Assembly: GCF_902713615.1 (NCBI RefSeq)
Contig: NW_024055744.1
Location: 532,593 to 596,592, forward strand
From: Scyliorhinus canicula
Lineage: Eukaryota
Direction: 5' to 3'
Length of the DNA: 64,000 bases
Under the pieces are notes generated by a model. It saw only the letters and a program-made list of their open reading frames with translations, made no database searches and was not told the DNA's origin. Made by a program: the position numbers and the translations under genes. Shown piece after piece: positions 12,260 to 26,746 of the stretch (positions are counted from its first letter, which is position 1; each line of letters starts with the position of its first letter).

Positions 12260-14900
12260 ATGAACCTATCCAATAGCCGCTTGAAGGTCCCTAATGTTTC
12301 TGACTCAACTACTTCCACAGCCAGTGCATTCCATGCCCCCACTACTCTCTGGGTAAATAAACATCTGACATCCCCCCCAAAATCTTCCACCATTCACCTT
12401 AAGTTTATGTCCCCATGTAATGGTTTGTTCCACCCGGGAAAAAGTATCTGACTGTCTACTTTATCTCTTCCCCTGATCACCTTATAAACCTCTATCAGGT
12501 CGTCCCTCATCCTTCTCCGTTCTAATGAGAAAAGGCCGAGCATCCTCAACCTTACCTCGTAAGACCTACTCTCCATTCCAGGCAACATCCTGGTAAATCA
12601 CCTTTGCACCTTTTCCAAGGCTTCCACGACCTTCCTAAAATGAGGCGACCAGAACTACACAGAGTACTCCAGATGTGGCCTTACCAAGGTTTTGTACAGC
12701 TGCATCATCACCTCACGGCTCTTAAATTCAATCCCTCTGCTAATGAACGCTAGCGCACCGTAGGCCTTCTTCACAGCTCTATCCACTTGAGTGGCAACTT
12801 TCAAAGATCTATGAACATAGACCCCAAGATCTCTCTGCTCCTTCACTTTGCCAAGAACCCTTCCATTAACACTGTATTCCACATTCATATTTGTCCTTCC
12901 AAAATGGACAACCTCACACTTTTCAGGGTTAAACTCCGTCTGCCACTTGTCAGCCCTGCTCTGCATCCTATCTATGTCTCTTTGCAGCCAACAACAGCCC
13001 TCCTCACTATCCAGAACTCCACCAATCTACGTATCGTCTGCAAATTTACTGACCCACCCTTCAACTCCCTCATCCAAGTCATTAATGAAAATCAGAAGCA
13101 GCAGAGGGCCCAGAACTGATCCCTGCAGTACGCCACTGGTAACTAGGCTTGAGGCTGAATATTTGCCATCCACCACCACTCTCTGAACAAGGTGACTGCT
13201 CTTTTCCTATTTCATACTTCTACCCATACTACCTCAGTATGCAGATCCTCCTCAAACTGCCTTTCTGCAGCTATTATACTATCTCTAATTAACAATGCAA
13301 CCCCCCACCTCTGTTACCATCCTCCCTAATCTTATTGAAACATCAATAACCTGGAACCTTCATCAACCATTTCTGCCCCTCATCTATCCAGGTTTCCGTG
13401 ATGGCCACGACATCGTAGTCCCAAGTACCGACCCATGCCTTAAGTACACCCACCTTATTCCTGATGCTTCTTGAGTTGAAGAATACACGCTTCAACTCAT
13501 CTCCGTGCCTGAAAGTACTCTCCTTTGTCAGTGTTACCTTCCCCAATGCGTTACTACACGCTTTGACATCCTGAACATCGGCTACCTTAGTTGCTGGACG
13601 ACAGTTCCCATTCCCCTGCCAAAATAGTTTCAACCCTCCCGAAGAGTGCTAGAAAACCTCCGTCCCAGGATATTGGTGCCCCTCTGGTTCTGATGCAACC
13701 CCTCCTGCTTGTACAGATCCCACCTTCCCCAGAATGCGCTCCAATTATCAAAGCATCTGAAGCCCTCCCTCCTCCACCATTCCTGCAGCCACGTGTTCAA
13801 CTGCACTCTCTCCCTATTCCTAGCTATCACGTGGCACCAGCAACAAATCAGAGATGTCAACTCTGCCTGTCCTGGCTTTTAACTTCCAGCCTAACTCCCT
13901 AAACTCGTTTATTACCTGCACACCACTTTTCCTACCTACGTCGTTGATACGAATTTGCACCACGCCATCTGGCTGCTCCCCCTCCCCCTTAAGGATCCTG
14001 AAGACACGATCCGAAACATCCCTGGCCCTGGCACCCGGGAGGCAACATACCTTCCGGGAGTCTCGCTCGCGACCACAGAATCTCCTGTTCCCCTACCCAT
14101 TGAGTCTCCAGTCACTATTGCTTTTGTATTCTCCCACCTTCCCTTCTGAGCCCCTGAGCCAGACTCAGTGCCAGAGACCTGGCCGCTAGGGCCATCCCCC
14201 GGTAGGTCATCCACCCCAAACAGAATCCAAAACGGTATACTTGATTTGAAGGGGAACATCCACGAGGGATCCCTGCACTGTCTACCCGTTTGTTTCCTTT
14301 CCCCTGACTGTAACCCAGTTACTCTTATCCTGTACCTTGGGTGTGGCTACATCCCTGTAACTCTTCTCTATTACCCCCTAGACACCCCAGATGATCCGAA
14401 GTTCATCCAGCTCCAGCTCCAGTTCACTAACAAAGCGTCTGAGGAGCTGGAGTTGGGTGCACTTCCCGCAGGTATAGTCATCGGGGACACCGGTGGTATC
14501 CCTCACCACCCACATCCTACAGGGGGAGCATGCAACTACCCTAGCCTCCATCCCCTCTTACCTTACAGAATACAGCTGCACTGTGGACCAACTGGAACTC
14601 CGCCCTCCGACTCTGCTTCCAGTCAGCTACACTCTCTGTAAACTCCGGGCTCCCTTCACGTTCTGAGGAAATGTAGGAAATTAAATGAAAAGAGCAGCTG
14701 ACTCCCTCCTCACCTAACTCCCTTAGTTATCAAACTCTCACGAGAGCACTCAAATGCAGCCAAATTCAGCACTCGTCTGCACTGTAACTAGCTCAGATTT
14801 ATACTGTGACTCGAGCCTCTGAAAACTGACCTAATCTAATTAACTAATTAACAAGCTCCAGCTGCAAGTAGCTACAAGTAGAACCTTTGTTTAAAGCTGA
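12260..14900 (-). mobile_element. CR1 LINE with internal deletion (ORF1 esterase-like, APE endonuclease start, RT end)
   Basis: 13936..14259 AIVTGDSMGRG and 13630..13860 (CR1 ORF1 esterase-like); 13343..13633 FFNSRSIRNK..YDVVAITETW (APE); 12655..12966 and 12394..12588 (RT C-terminus). Jump from APE to RT near 13185. Confidence 0.85.
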
Positions 14901-15689
14901 TTGAAAATTCACCTTCTTCTCAACCAAACAGCAATGTTTGGCTTCTCTGAACTTGTCAAAAAATGATAAAAATTCCCACCCGGTTGCTGTAACCAATACT
15001 TATATAGTTGGCTTATGGTCTGCTGGTGCAAATTCTAATTTCAGGGAACACCACTGAGCTGAGCATATGTCAACTGTACAATCAGCTGTTACGGGAAGCA
15101 ATTGAACATTTCTCAGTCTCTCCATGTCTGTCAGTGAATGGCTCTGTAATGCAACAGACGCAGGAGGAATCTGCACGCAGGTTACGGCATCAATCATTGG
15201 CAAAGCTGCTGCTGTTGACTGAGTGGGCTTGGAATGAATACGGTGAGCCTCCTGTAATACACCAGAAGTGAGAGGGCGAGAAGGCTATGAGCAGCTTTAC
15301 ATCCACCTGCAAGTTTATTTTACCATATCATCTGAACGATGATGCCTCCAATGGTTAATTTTGTGCTCATGTCTATAGACTGGAGTATAAACCCATGACC
15401 TGCTAATTTTGAAGTAAAAGTGCTACCTACTGAGTCACAGCTGACTGGAGGGCCATTGTTATCTTTGCTGGGAGAGAAGAATTACTGATGCCGTTGACCC
15501 ACAGTAAAGATTGCTGTAACAAGTACAGAAGCAGAGTAAAGTGCAATTAATAAAAGCAAAATATCGTGAATGCTGGAAGTCTAAAATAAAAATCAGAAAA
15601 CTGGAAATACTTAGCAGGTCTGACAGCATCTGTGGAGGGAGAAACTGATAACATTTCACATTGAATACGACTTTTCTTCAGAAATGAAG

Positions 15690-15990
15690 GAAAGTAAAAA
15701 TTATAGAACAGAATCCCTACAGCGGAGGAGGCCAATTGGCCCATCGCGTCTGCACCGACCACCCGAAAGAGCACACCACCAAGTCCCATGCCCCCACCCC
15801 ATCCCCGTAACCCAATAACCCCATCTAACCTTTAACCACTAATGGGCAATTTAGCACGGCCAATCCACCCGACCTGCACATCCCCGGACGGCGGGAGGAA
15901 AACTGAACACCCGGAGGAAACCGACGCAGACACGGGGAGAACGCGCAGACCCTGCACAGTCACCCAAGGCGGAATCGAACCCGCTCCCAC
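15690..15990 (-). mobile_element. SINE (HE1-like)
   Basis: Reverse complement of the SINE core and tail seen at 11917-12250. Confidence 0.7.
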
Positions 15991-17194
15991 CCCCCCCCCC
16001 CTATTATATGGACAAATAATAGAACGATACCGAGATAAGTGAATTAATTTATTATTCCCTTATCCACGAATACTTTATTTAATTATCCTTCCATATATAA
16101 TTATATTTGTTTTGTTCCTGATTTGGCAGTTTTGCGTTGTGAGCTAGAGGGATTTCGGATTTCGTGCTGTCGGGGACCTTTTCGACAAAGCATTTCACTT
16201 TATCACCACATCTCGATCGCCTTTACAAAATCTGTATTCTAATACAGACAGGTCTCCAAATGAATTCCCGATTGTCCGTCCTGTCATTCAGAGATAACAT
16301 TCAGTGGTTTGAAGTATGTGTGCACCTGGACAAAGCTCCAGCATTCTTATTGGTTTAATAGTCAGATGTTGCTGTGTACTACAGTGCAGTAAGACAAGGG
16401 AAAAAGCCACCCAGTCTGTGGTTTTGGTGCCGTAGTAATCATGCCACTAAGTTAGTCGAATGAAATTTAAAATAGGAAGCTAAATTCAGTGATTGTAATC
16501 GTGAAACTGTCACCTTTATGTCCATAAACGCCTAACTGATTCATTTGTGCCCTTTATGGAAGGAAATCTGTCACTCTGAACTGGGCTGACTTAAATCTGA
16601 CTCAACATGTGGTTTTTCACTGCCCGCTGAAATAACCGAGCAAGTAAAAATCTTCAACAAACATAATTAAATGTGAACCGTGTTATTTAATAGAATCAAA
16701 TATAATTTCACAGTTTTTTTTAAAATTGCCATTACATTTCTCTCAATTTCACACAAAATCAGAGCTCGTCGAAACAGTATTCGGCCCCGTTGTAGCTGCC
16801 CTGGCAGTTTTTGCCGCTGAATGCAGAGGGAGAATTTCCCTGCAGCTGTTTCCTGCTCTATCTGCCATTGAAGTATTTTATGGGACAGTGCAGTGGAACT
16901 TTATTAGGTAACTAAGACGTGTGCGCTACTGATTGGGCAGTGAGGAGGGAGATATTTTGTTGTGTAATATATGTATAGTCCCTGCCCTGAAACTGTTTGA
17001 TAGGGCAAAGAAAGCCGATTTCGCTTCGTATCGATAAAATTTCGTTCCTTATTGATACTTTTCTTTCTTTATTTCCTGCCGCGCTCTCTTGCTATCTATG
17101 ACCATTTGCCTCCGTGTGCTCTTTGCAAGTACATAGATAGTCTGCAAGCCGTTTTCTGTGTTCAACTGGAGGATTGTGAACATTGTGTTTTGGG

Positions 17195-17500
17195 CAGCAG
17201 GGCAGCATTGTGGTTAGCTTCACAGCGCCAGGATCCCAGGTTCGATTCCTGTTTGGGTAACTGTCTGTGCGGAGTCTCCCCGTGGCTGCGTGGTTTTCCT
17301 CCGGGTGCTCGGGGTTCTTCCCACAGTCCAAAGTTGTGCTCGTTAGGTGGATTGGCCATGCTAAATTGCCCTTAGCTAGATAGGGATACTGCGTTACGGG
17401 GACAGGGTGTAGGTGTGGGCTTAAGCAGGGTGCTCTTTCCAAGAGCCTGTGCAGACGCGATGGGCCGAATGACCTCCCTCTGCACTGTAAATTCAATGAA
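17195..17500 (+). mobile_element. SINE (HE1-like) in GPCR upstream region
   Basis: gggcagcagggcagcattgtggttagc...ggttcgattcc head plus core and tail. Confidence 0.8.
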
Positions 17501-17737
17501 ATAATAGAGCATAATTCCACATAAAGTAAAAATAATGCTGTTGGCTTCAGTATGGTTAATAGACAATGTTTGTTCAGTGACTGTACTAAAGTAGGTCTCG
17601 ATAGACCACGCTTGTGTCCACAGAGGGTTTTCCTTCTCTATTAATAAGGAAAACTTGCGATGTGCCATTCCACAATGTGGGTGAGGGCATCACCTCCAGG
17701 ACGAACAGGGATCGAACACTCGACAGAGAGGCTGAAA

Positions 17738-20691
17738 ATGGCAAAGAGTCTTTCACTAAACGGGCAGATAACAAATTTTCTCATTGAATTTCAGGAGGTG
17801 CTCTATCCCACCCTGGCTGTTATTGGTGTTCCAAGTGAGTCTCTCTATTCAGCTATTAATTCGATAAGCTATGCTTAACTCTATTAATATTTTTGTCGAT
17901 TATTATCTCCTTATTGATTCGTGTTTCTCGCAGATACAACTATCAATTCCATGTATAATCTATCACATCATTGCTGTTCTCGGCTTTTTTAAGAAGTCGA
18001 TCTATACACTGCTGCCATTTTTCGCACTGGTTTCGCTTTGTATCAATTGCCGTTTGTTTAATTATTGCTCTGGAAACAATTTGTTGAAATGAGAACAATG
18101 AATGGCACGTTCTTACTGACACATGTTTTTCGGTTTTAGATTAAAGTATGCTTGGAGCGTCAACCATTTAGAAATCGGAACTCTATTTGGATAAATATAA
18201 ATATGTGTCCCGAATTTGAGAAAACACTCCGGGCTAATAGATTACAATTAGTTGTTGGAAAATCACGCTCTAATAGCTGTATGGTTCAGTATGACACATC
18301 GCAAATTCCTTTTCCAACCTTCAAATTCAAATCGCGATTCATTTTTCTATATGTTTTAATGTTGTAATAATCTTGAATTATCACCCACAGCTAAGTGGAT
18401 TATTTTTCTTTGACTTTTCAATTTACGTGCTTCCAAGTGTTATTTGAAATAATTGCATTTCCTGGCAGCTGCTGAAGGGATCTCCCAATTATTTTAGTGC
18501 TTAAATGTTTTGTGTCTTCCTCTATACACGCAAATGCTTGTATCTGGTTAGCATGTCAGTATATGATTTATAGAGAACTTTGGCATTCTGCCTGAGTCTC
18601 CAAGTTAGGAAACTCATGAAATTTCAAAATTATTTTTATTGGATGTGAGGCTTCGCTGACTAGGCCAGTATGTGTTGCCCATCTCTAATTGTCCATCAGA
18701 ATCTCGTGGTGAGCTGCTTCTTGAAACGCTGCAGTGCACGTGATGCAGGTATATTCACTCTGCGATTAGGGAGGGAGTTCCAGGATTTTGACCCAGCTAC
18801 AGTGAAGGAACTGAGATACATTTGCAAGTCAAGATGGTGAGTGACTTGAAGGGGAACCTTCAGGTGGCCGTGTTCCCACATATCTGTTGCCGTTGACTTT
18901 CTAGATGGTCGTAGCCGTGGGTTTGAAAGCTGCTGCCACAGGAACCTTGGTGAGTCGTGCAGAGTATGCTGGAGATGGTACACACTGCTGCTAGTATGCG
19001 GCGGTGCTGGAGTGAATGGGTGCTTATGAAGGGGTGCCAATCAAGCGTGCAGCTTTGACCTGGATGGTGTAAAGTTTCTTCAGTGATGTTGGAGCTGCAA
19101 TCATCGAGGTATTGGAGAGTATGCAATCACATTTCTGACTTGGGCCTTGTTGGCAGTGGATAGGCTTTGAGCGTCAAGAGCTGAGTTACTCGTTGCAAAC
19201 TTCCTAGCCCCTGGATGTTTTCAAAACTGCATGAACTTTGTTCCCTTCATTGAAATGATTTCTAGAATTCAGCGAAATATATCCATGCCATTGGCAATCT
19301 CAAGACGTTCCTATAGAAAATGTGTGTAATTAGCTGACATTAGATATCATACCCAGTTAGAAAACAATGAGTTTTCTTGATTTTAATTTCAATAAGCAAT
19401 CCAATCGATAGCTGTTTGAGAAAGCAGAAAGCCAACAATTTTGTATTTTATCCCAAAAGATCATTTCTGTTTTACGGCTGTTTTGAGACAATTGTGTGGC
19501 GCAGTGTCAGCGAAAAGAAGACAATTATTGTTCTGTTAATTTCCATTCATCACTCCATGGAATTGCACGTTTACAAACTTTAGGAATTGCTCAGTGGAAT
19601 TGGTAATAGCATTTTGGGTGTAATTACACCACAGAGACTGTGACAGTTCAATGAGATAATTCGTCGCCACCTTCACAAGGGCAATTAGGGATGAACACTA
19701 ATGCTGAATAAGTCGTCGGCGCCCATACCCTAGTGAAAGAATAAAAATGCGTGATTTGTAATGTTCTCTTCTTTTTCTCTTCCATACAGTTAACTTGGTA
19801 ACAATTGTGATCCTGTGTCGTGGTAAATGTGGTCTCTCTAAATGTGTCACTTACTATCTGGTGGCCATGGCAGCAGCGGATCTACTGGTCGTTATCGTTG
19901 ACCTGATATTGAGGCACATTCCTGTTCTTTATTGGAAACAGTTTTCTTTTGTGTATGACATTCATGTCTGTAATATTCACGCCGTTGTGCTTTATGCAAC
20001 CACAGACTGCTCGGTCTGGTTCACTGTCAGTTTCACGTTTGATAGATTTGTAGCCATTTGTTGCCAGAAATGGAAAGATAAATATTGCACTGTGAAAATC
20101 ACACTTGTTGTCCTGGGTACAGTGACCGTGCTGAGTTGCTTAAAGAATGTTTTCTGGTATTACATGCTATCACCAAGATATTGGCTTATCAATTTCCCTT
20201 GGTTTTGTGAGGTGAGAAGCGGTGTTATGGAGTCTCAATTCTGGGCCACAATCGAATTTCTTCATAATATCGTTACCCCGTGTGTCCCGTTTATTCTGAT
20301 ATTGTTTCTCAACAGTTTAACCATCAGACACGTATTAGTGTCCAGCAGAGCCCGGCGGAGACTCCGGAATCACAGCAGTGGAGAGAGTATGAGAGACCCA
20401 GAGATGGAAAGCCGACGGAAATCCATCATTTTGCTATTTGTTATCTCGGCGAATTTCATGCTCTTATGGACAATGTTTATGGTTTACTCTATATGGTGGC
20501 GGATGTGGGTTCTGGGATATGAATCTGTACGGTTTCCTGACTTTGTTCTGGAAATGGGCTTCATGCTGCAGCTCCTTAGTTGCTGCACAAACACTTGTAT
20601 TTATGCTGTGACGCAGACGAGATTCAGAGAGCAGTTGATGCTTGTGGTGAAATATCCCATCGCAGTGTTTGTAAAATCAATTAAAAGATGA
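17738..20691 (+). CDS. Two-exon class A (rhodopsin-like) GPCR, GPR139/GPR142-like, 332 aa
   Basis: Exon 1 17738-17834 (MAKSLSLNGQITNFLIEFQEVLYPTLAVIGVP, donor gtgagt). Exon 2 19790-20691 follows a pyrimidine tract and CAG; the phase-1 join gives ...VPINLVTIVIL. TM2 AMAAADLLVV, TM3 FTFDRFVAIC, TM7 CTNTCIY. Open to TGA 20689-20691. Confidence 0.9.
18650..19210 (-). mobile_element. CR1/L2-group LINE 3' fragment in GPCR intron
   Basis: Reverse complement homologous to 1600-2030 and 24700-25110. Confidence 0.7.
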
Positions 20692-22119
20692 AAAGCACAC
20701 TTGAAGTGTTTCCCGCATCACAACTCAATTTATTTTTGTCCAACTCAGTATCCCTTAGAGTGTCACTGAAACAGTTTAATGCTAACCCAGCAGTGTCATA
20801 CACTCTCCAAATTGTCGTCACAATATATATACAGAGCGAGTTGTGCGCACCCCGCCAAACTTTATACTGTGAACACTTTGACAGAAAACATTAGTTTATG
20901 TTATTACAATCTCAAAGTTTGCTATTCATTGTACTCCACTGCCGAGGACTGACAATAATAAATAAATTATTAAATTCTTGACTTGTACATGCAATGAAAG
21001 TGATATGACCCATGTGTGACCATCAACCTTGCCCCGTGTACAATGGAGAGAGGCACAGAACCAACTTAGAACAGTGCAAGGGACAACTTCCAATTAGAAA
21101 GCAAATAGCCTTCCCCGACATATACTCAATATCATCACAATTGTGGAGACACGATTTTTATCGTTTTTTAAAAATGATTTTTCCAGGATGTCAGTTTTGT
21201 TGTCTAGGCCAACATTTGTTACTCATCCATAATTGCCCTTGAGAAGGTGGTGGTGGCTGCGTTCTTGAACAGCTGCAGTCCATGTGGTGTAGGGACACCC
21301 ACTGCGCTCTTACGGTGGGATTTCCGGGAATTTGACCCAGAGTCAGTGAAGAAACTGTGAATTCCACAGATTAACGACCCTGTGAGAGAAGTAATTTCTC
21401 CTCGCCTTCGTTTTACATCAGGGTTACTAACTGCTGGAGTCCGAGCCTTTGGTTTTCTCTTTTAGCCAGAGAATTCACTATAGCAATAGTATTTAAATAG
21501 CAAGTGCAGTTCAGCTTTTGGTCTATGGTAAACCCAGGATGTTGATAATGGATAATTCAGTGCTGGTAGCGCCATTGAATATCATGGGGCGATGGTTCGC
21601 TTCTCTTATATTTGAGATGGTGATTGCCTGGCAATTTTATGAATCGAAATTTACTTGCCATTTGTGAACCCAAGCATGGATATTGTCTAGGTCTTTCTGT
21701 ATTTGCACGTGACGGTTTCAGTGTCGAAGGAGTCTCGAATGGTCTGAAAATAATGCAATCATCAGCGACCATGCCCACTTCGGACTTTTATGATGTACCG
21801 AAAGTCCCTAGATGCAGGAATGGTTCTGGTGGATTGTAAAAATGCTGATATAACGTAGATATTCAAAAAGGTGGGTTACAGAAAGGAGAAAACTATAGAC
21901 AAGTTAGCTTAATATCTGTCGTTGGGAAATTGTTAGAATACATTGTTAAGGGAGTAAAAACAAGACATTTGAAGAGTCAAAACGCAATATATCAGAGTCA
22001 GCATGGTTTTATGAAGGGTAAAGCGTATTTGACTAATTTGCTAGATGTCTTCGGAGATGTACCAAGCCACTTGGATAACGGGGATCCTGTAGATCTGGTG
22101 TATAGTGGTATACAGCGAG

Positions 22120-25110
22120 GGAGTTGTTATGGAAGTCCTGAACATCGACTCTGGATGTCATGAAGTCTTATGGTTTCAGTTTAAACATGGGAAAGGACAC
22201 CTCATGTTGATTTACATGTACCGTAGATCATCAGCTGACGAACCAGGATGCCTCCATGTTGATCATCACTTGGAGGAAGCACTGAGGGTGGCAAGGGCAC
22301 AGAATATACTCTGGGGAGGGGCGGGACTTCAATGGCTATCACCAAGAGTGGCTCGATAGTACCACCAAAGACCGAACTGGCCGGGTCCTGAAGGACACAG
22401 CTGCTAGACAGGACTGCAGCAGGTGTTGAGGGAACCAACAAGAGGGAAAACATACTTGACATAATCCTCACCACCCTGCCTGCTGCACATGCATCCGTCC
22501 AATACGGTAACATTGATGACTGCACAGTCCTTGTGGGGATAAATAACCGTCTTCACATTGAGGATACCCTCCATCGTGTTCTGTGGCACTACCACGTATT
22601 AAATGGGATCGGCTTCGAACGGATGTCGCAACCCAAGACTGGGAATCCATGAGACTCTGTGAGCCATCAGCAGCAGCAGAATTGTATTCAACCACAATCT
22701 GCAACCTCATTGCCCTACATATCTCCCACTCTACCATTACCATCAAGCCAGGAGATCAGCACTGTTCAATGAAGGGTATAGGAAAGCATGCCAGAGCAAC
22801 ACCAGACATCAGGCGTCAAACTGTTGAAGCTACAACACAGGACTACTTGTGTGCCAAACAGCATGAGCAGCAAGTAATAGACAGAGCTCAGCAATTCCAC
22901 AACGGACGCATCAGATCTAAACTCTGCAGTCCTGCCACATCCAGCCGTGAATGGTCGTGGACATTTAAACAACTCTCTGGAGGAGGAGGCTCCACAAATG
23001 TCCCCATCCTCAACGATGGAAGAGCCCAGCACATATGTGCAAAAGACAAGGCTGAGGGATTCGCAATAATCTTCAGCCAGAAGTGCCGAGTGGATGATCT
23101 ATCTCGGTCTCCTCCGGAGGTCCCCAGCATCACAGATGTAAGTCTTCAGCCAATACGATTCACTCCACTTGGTAACATGAAACTGTGCTCCAGAACGTTC
23201 CGCGCCCCTAGCCAAGCTGTCTGGTGCAGTTATAATACTGGCATCTACCTGACAATGTGGAAAATTGCCCAGGAGTGTACTGTGCACAAGAAACAGGACA
23301 AATCCAAACCAGCCAATCACCACCCTATCAATCTACTCTCCATCATCAGCAAAGTGGTGTAAGGAATAATCAACAATGCTATCAAGCGGCACTTAATCAG
23401 CAATCACCTGTTCACGGATGCTCAGTTTGGGTTCCGTCAGGGTCCCTCAGCTCCTGACCTTGATTAAAATATGATACCATTACAAGGGGACATAAATTTA
23501 AGATAAATGGTGGAAGATATAGAGGGGATGTCAGACGTAGGTTCTTTACCCAGAGAGTAGTGGGGGCATGGAATATACTGCCTGTGGAAGTAGTTGAGTC
23601 GGAAACGTTAGGGACCTTCAAGCGGCTATTGGATAGGAACATGGATTAGGGTAGAATAATGGAGTGTAGATTAACTTCTTCTTAAGGGCAGCACGGTAGC
23701 ATTGTGGATAGCACAATTGCTTCACAGCTCCAGGGTCCCGTGTTCGATTTCGACTTGGGTCACTGTCTGTGTGGTGTCTGCACATCCTCCCCGTGGGTGC
23801 GTGGGTTTCCTCCGGGTACTCCGGTTTCCTCCCACAGTCCAAAGATATGCAGGTTGGGTGGATTGGCCATGAAAATTGCTCTTAGTGTCCAAAATTCTAT
23901 GATTAAGCTAGGACAAAAGTTCGGCACAACATCGTGGGCTGAAGGGCCTGTTCTGTGCTGTATTTCTCTATCTATTGTGCCATAGGTGACGTGAGAGTGA
24001 CTGCCCTTGAAGTCAAGGCAACATTTTACCGAGAATGGCATCCAGGAGCCTGAGCAAAATCAGGGAGGAAACTCTCCACTGGATGGAGTCATACCTTGAA
24101 CAAATGAAGTTGGATGTGGTGTTGGAGGTCAATCATCTCAGTTCCTGAACATCATAGCAGGAGTTCCTCAGTGTAGTGTCCTCGGCCCAATCATCTTCAG
24201 CTGCTTCATCAATGACCTCCCTACCATGGTAAAGTCAGAATTAGGGGTTGTTCGAAGATGACTGCATAATGTTCAGCACCATTCGCAAAATCACAGATAA
24301 TAAAGCAGTCCATTTGCAAATGCAGCAAGACCTGGGCAATATCCAGACTTGAGGCTGACAATGGCGAATTACAGTCGCGCCAGACAAGTGTCAGGTAATG
24401 ACCATCTCCTACAAGAGAGGATTTAACCATCGTCCCATGACATCCAATGGTATTACCAACGCTCAATTCCCACAATTAACATTTTGGTGGTTACATTGAT
24501 CAGACATTGAACTGGATCAGTCATATTAATACTGTGGCTGGCAGAAGGGGTCAAAGGTCAGGCGTCTTAAGGCGAGTAACGCGCCCCCTGACTCCCCAAC
24601 GTTTGTCTACCTGCGCAGTATGTAAGTCAGGAGTGTAATGGAATACTCCACACTTCCCTGGATAAGTGCAGCTCCAACAACACTCAAGAAGCTCGACACT
24701 GTTCAGTACAAAGAAGCCCGCTTCATTGTTCCCCCTGTCCACAAACATTAAATTCCCCATCACCGATGAACAGTGGCAGCCGTATGTACCATCTACAAGA
24801 TGCACTGCATGAATCACCTAGGTTGCCTCAGGAAACACCTTCCAAACCTACGACCACTGCTATCTAGAAGGAGAAGATCAGCATATACCTGGGTAACCCA
24901 ACACCTGGAGGTTCCCCTCCAAGTCACTCGCCACGCTCACGGCCGCTGGGGCAACAGCCTGGAACTCACTCCCTGTCAGCACAGTGGGTGCACCTATACA
25001 TCAAGGACTGAGGTGGTTCAAGTAGGTAGCTCACCACCACCTTCTTAGAGGCAACTACGGATGGGCAATAAATGCTGGTCTAATCAGCGACACCCACATC
25101 CCGTAAATGA
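22120..25110 (+). mobile_element. Decayed CR1/L2-group LINE interrupted by a CR1 3' fragment and a SINE (about 23465-23985)
   Basis: ORF 22583..23362 (...YNTGIYLTMWKIAQECTVHKKQDKSKPANHHPINLLSIISKVV); RT motif region at 24160-24260; SINE head at about 23688. Confidence 0.8.
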
Positions 25111-25389
25111 ATTTCTAACAAATAAGTGTGCCGGTTAGTTTTCACAATGATAAAGGGGGCTACTTTCTATTCAGCCTCTAAAGTTAGAGTCACAGGATCC
25201 TCCTTATTTGGGTCATAAAACAGAGTACTCGACCAGAACAAGCCTTGTTTACTGAGACAAAAACATTCCTTCATAATTTCATCTTCTGTTCAGAGATAAA
25301 TTATATTCATAAGTTCATCTCTGGCCTCTTAGCTCATCTTATTTCTGTCCATTGGATTTCCATGCTTCATGGCTCCATCTGATACCCTA

Positions 25390-25990
25390 AGTCCACACTT
25401 GGAGTATAGTGTTCAATTCTGGTCGCCACACTAATTATGAGGAGCATAAACAGAGTGTATATTCAGAGACCTTTTCCCAGGTTAGAGGGCTTTGGTTTAA
25501 GGTGCGAGGGGCAAAGATTAGAGGAGATGTACGAGACAAGTTTTTTAGACAGAGGGTAGTGGGTGCCTGGAACTCGCTGCCGGTGGAGGTGGTGGAAGCA
25601 GGGACGATAGTGCCATTTAAGGGGAATCTTGACAAATACATGAGTAGGATGGGAATGGATGGATATCGTCCCCGGAAGTGTGGAAGATTTTAGTTTAGAC
25701 GGGCAGCATAGTCGGCGCAGGCTTGGAGGTTCTTGTGCTGTACTTTTCTTTGTTCTTTGTTGATTGGTCCAGTGAGAACAAACAGAGTTTATCCAACCTC
25801 TGCTCATAACGAATACCCTCCATACCAGGCAACATCCCAGTAAACCACTTTTCTATACTCTCCAAAGCCCCCACATCCTTCAGATAGTGTGGCGTCCAGA
25901 ATAGAACACCTTATTCCAAGTGGGGCATAACTAAGGTTCTATACAGCTTCAACATGACTTGCCAATTCTTATACTCAATGCCCTGGCCGA
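25390..25990. mobile_element. CR1 LINE 3' fragments (plus 25390-25760, minus 25790-25990)
   Basis: ORF 25409..25693 ([21 protein letters not shown]) is a typical CR1 ORF2 end. Confidence 0.7.
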
Positions 25991-26746
25991 TGAAAGTGAG
26001 CATGCTTTAAGAGGTAACTGGGCAAACGACAAACTGACCCCTCCCAGTATTTGCTTTATTTCCAGGGATCACATCCTTTTCTAATGTGAGTAATACCCAT
26101 GTGGGCAGATTTTCATGCACAGTTTTGTTCAGTTCCGGTTACCCATGGGCTTTGAACCAGTTTCGCCAGCCTCCTTCCGGAGAACTATAATACACAGCAG
26201 TGTGACAACTTGCGCTGCAAAGTGCCAATGTGCTGATCCTTCATCAGGTGAATCCGTTTCATACTGTACCTATTTATAATACATCTTATGGTTCCAGATG
26301 TTTAAATATATCTTTGCAACAGGATTAAAAAAAGATAGAATATTAACGTCAGACTATATTCATTAAGTATTAATGTCTTAATGATTAAGACAATCTCCAT
26401 GCAGCGTTTGAATTGGTTACAACACCAAACCCCAAGTGTGTCTCCTTCGGGAACATTTTCACAACGATGTTGCCTTCTCCACAGTTCCCGCCACCAGGAG
26501 TAAAGTGAATTTCAGCTTTATAGACAATTCATCAGTTCAGATGTCACCAGCTGCAGAAGATAGCGGTAGATCAACAGCCCACGTCGTTTTTGTGCAGCCA
26601 ATCAAAACCACGTGACAGAAATCTTCACTGCTGACGGCAACACGAACCGACTGGCGACTGTGCGCAGACGCTCTGAGTTCTTCTGATGTGAGCTCTGCTC
26701 CTCTCCTTTTCACATTTGAATAAAAATGATATATTATACGGTGCAA

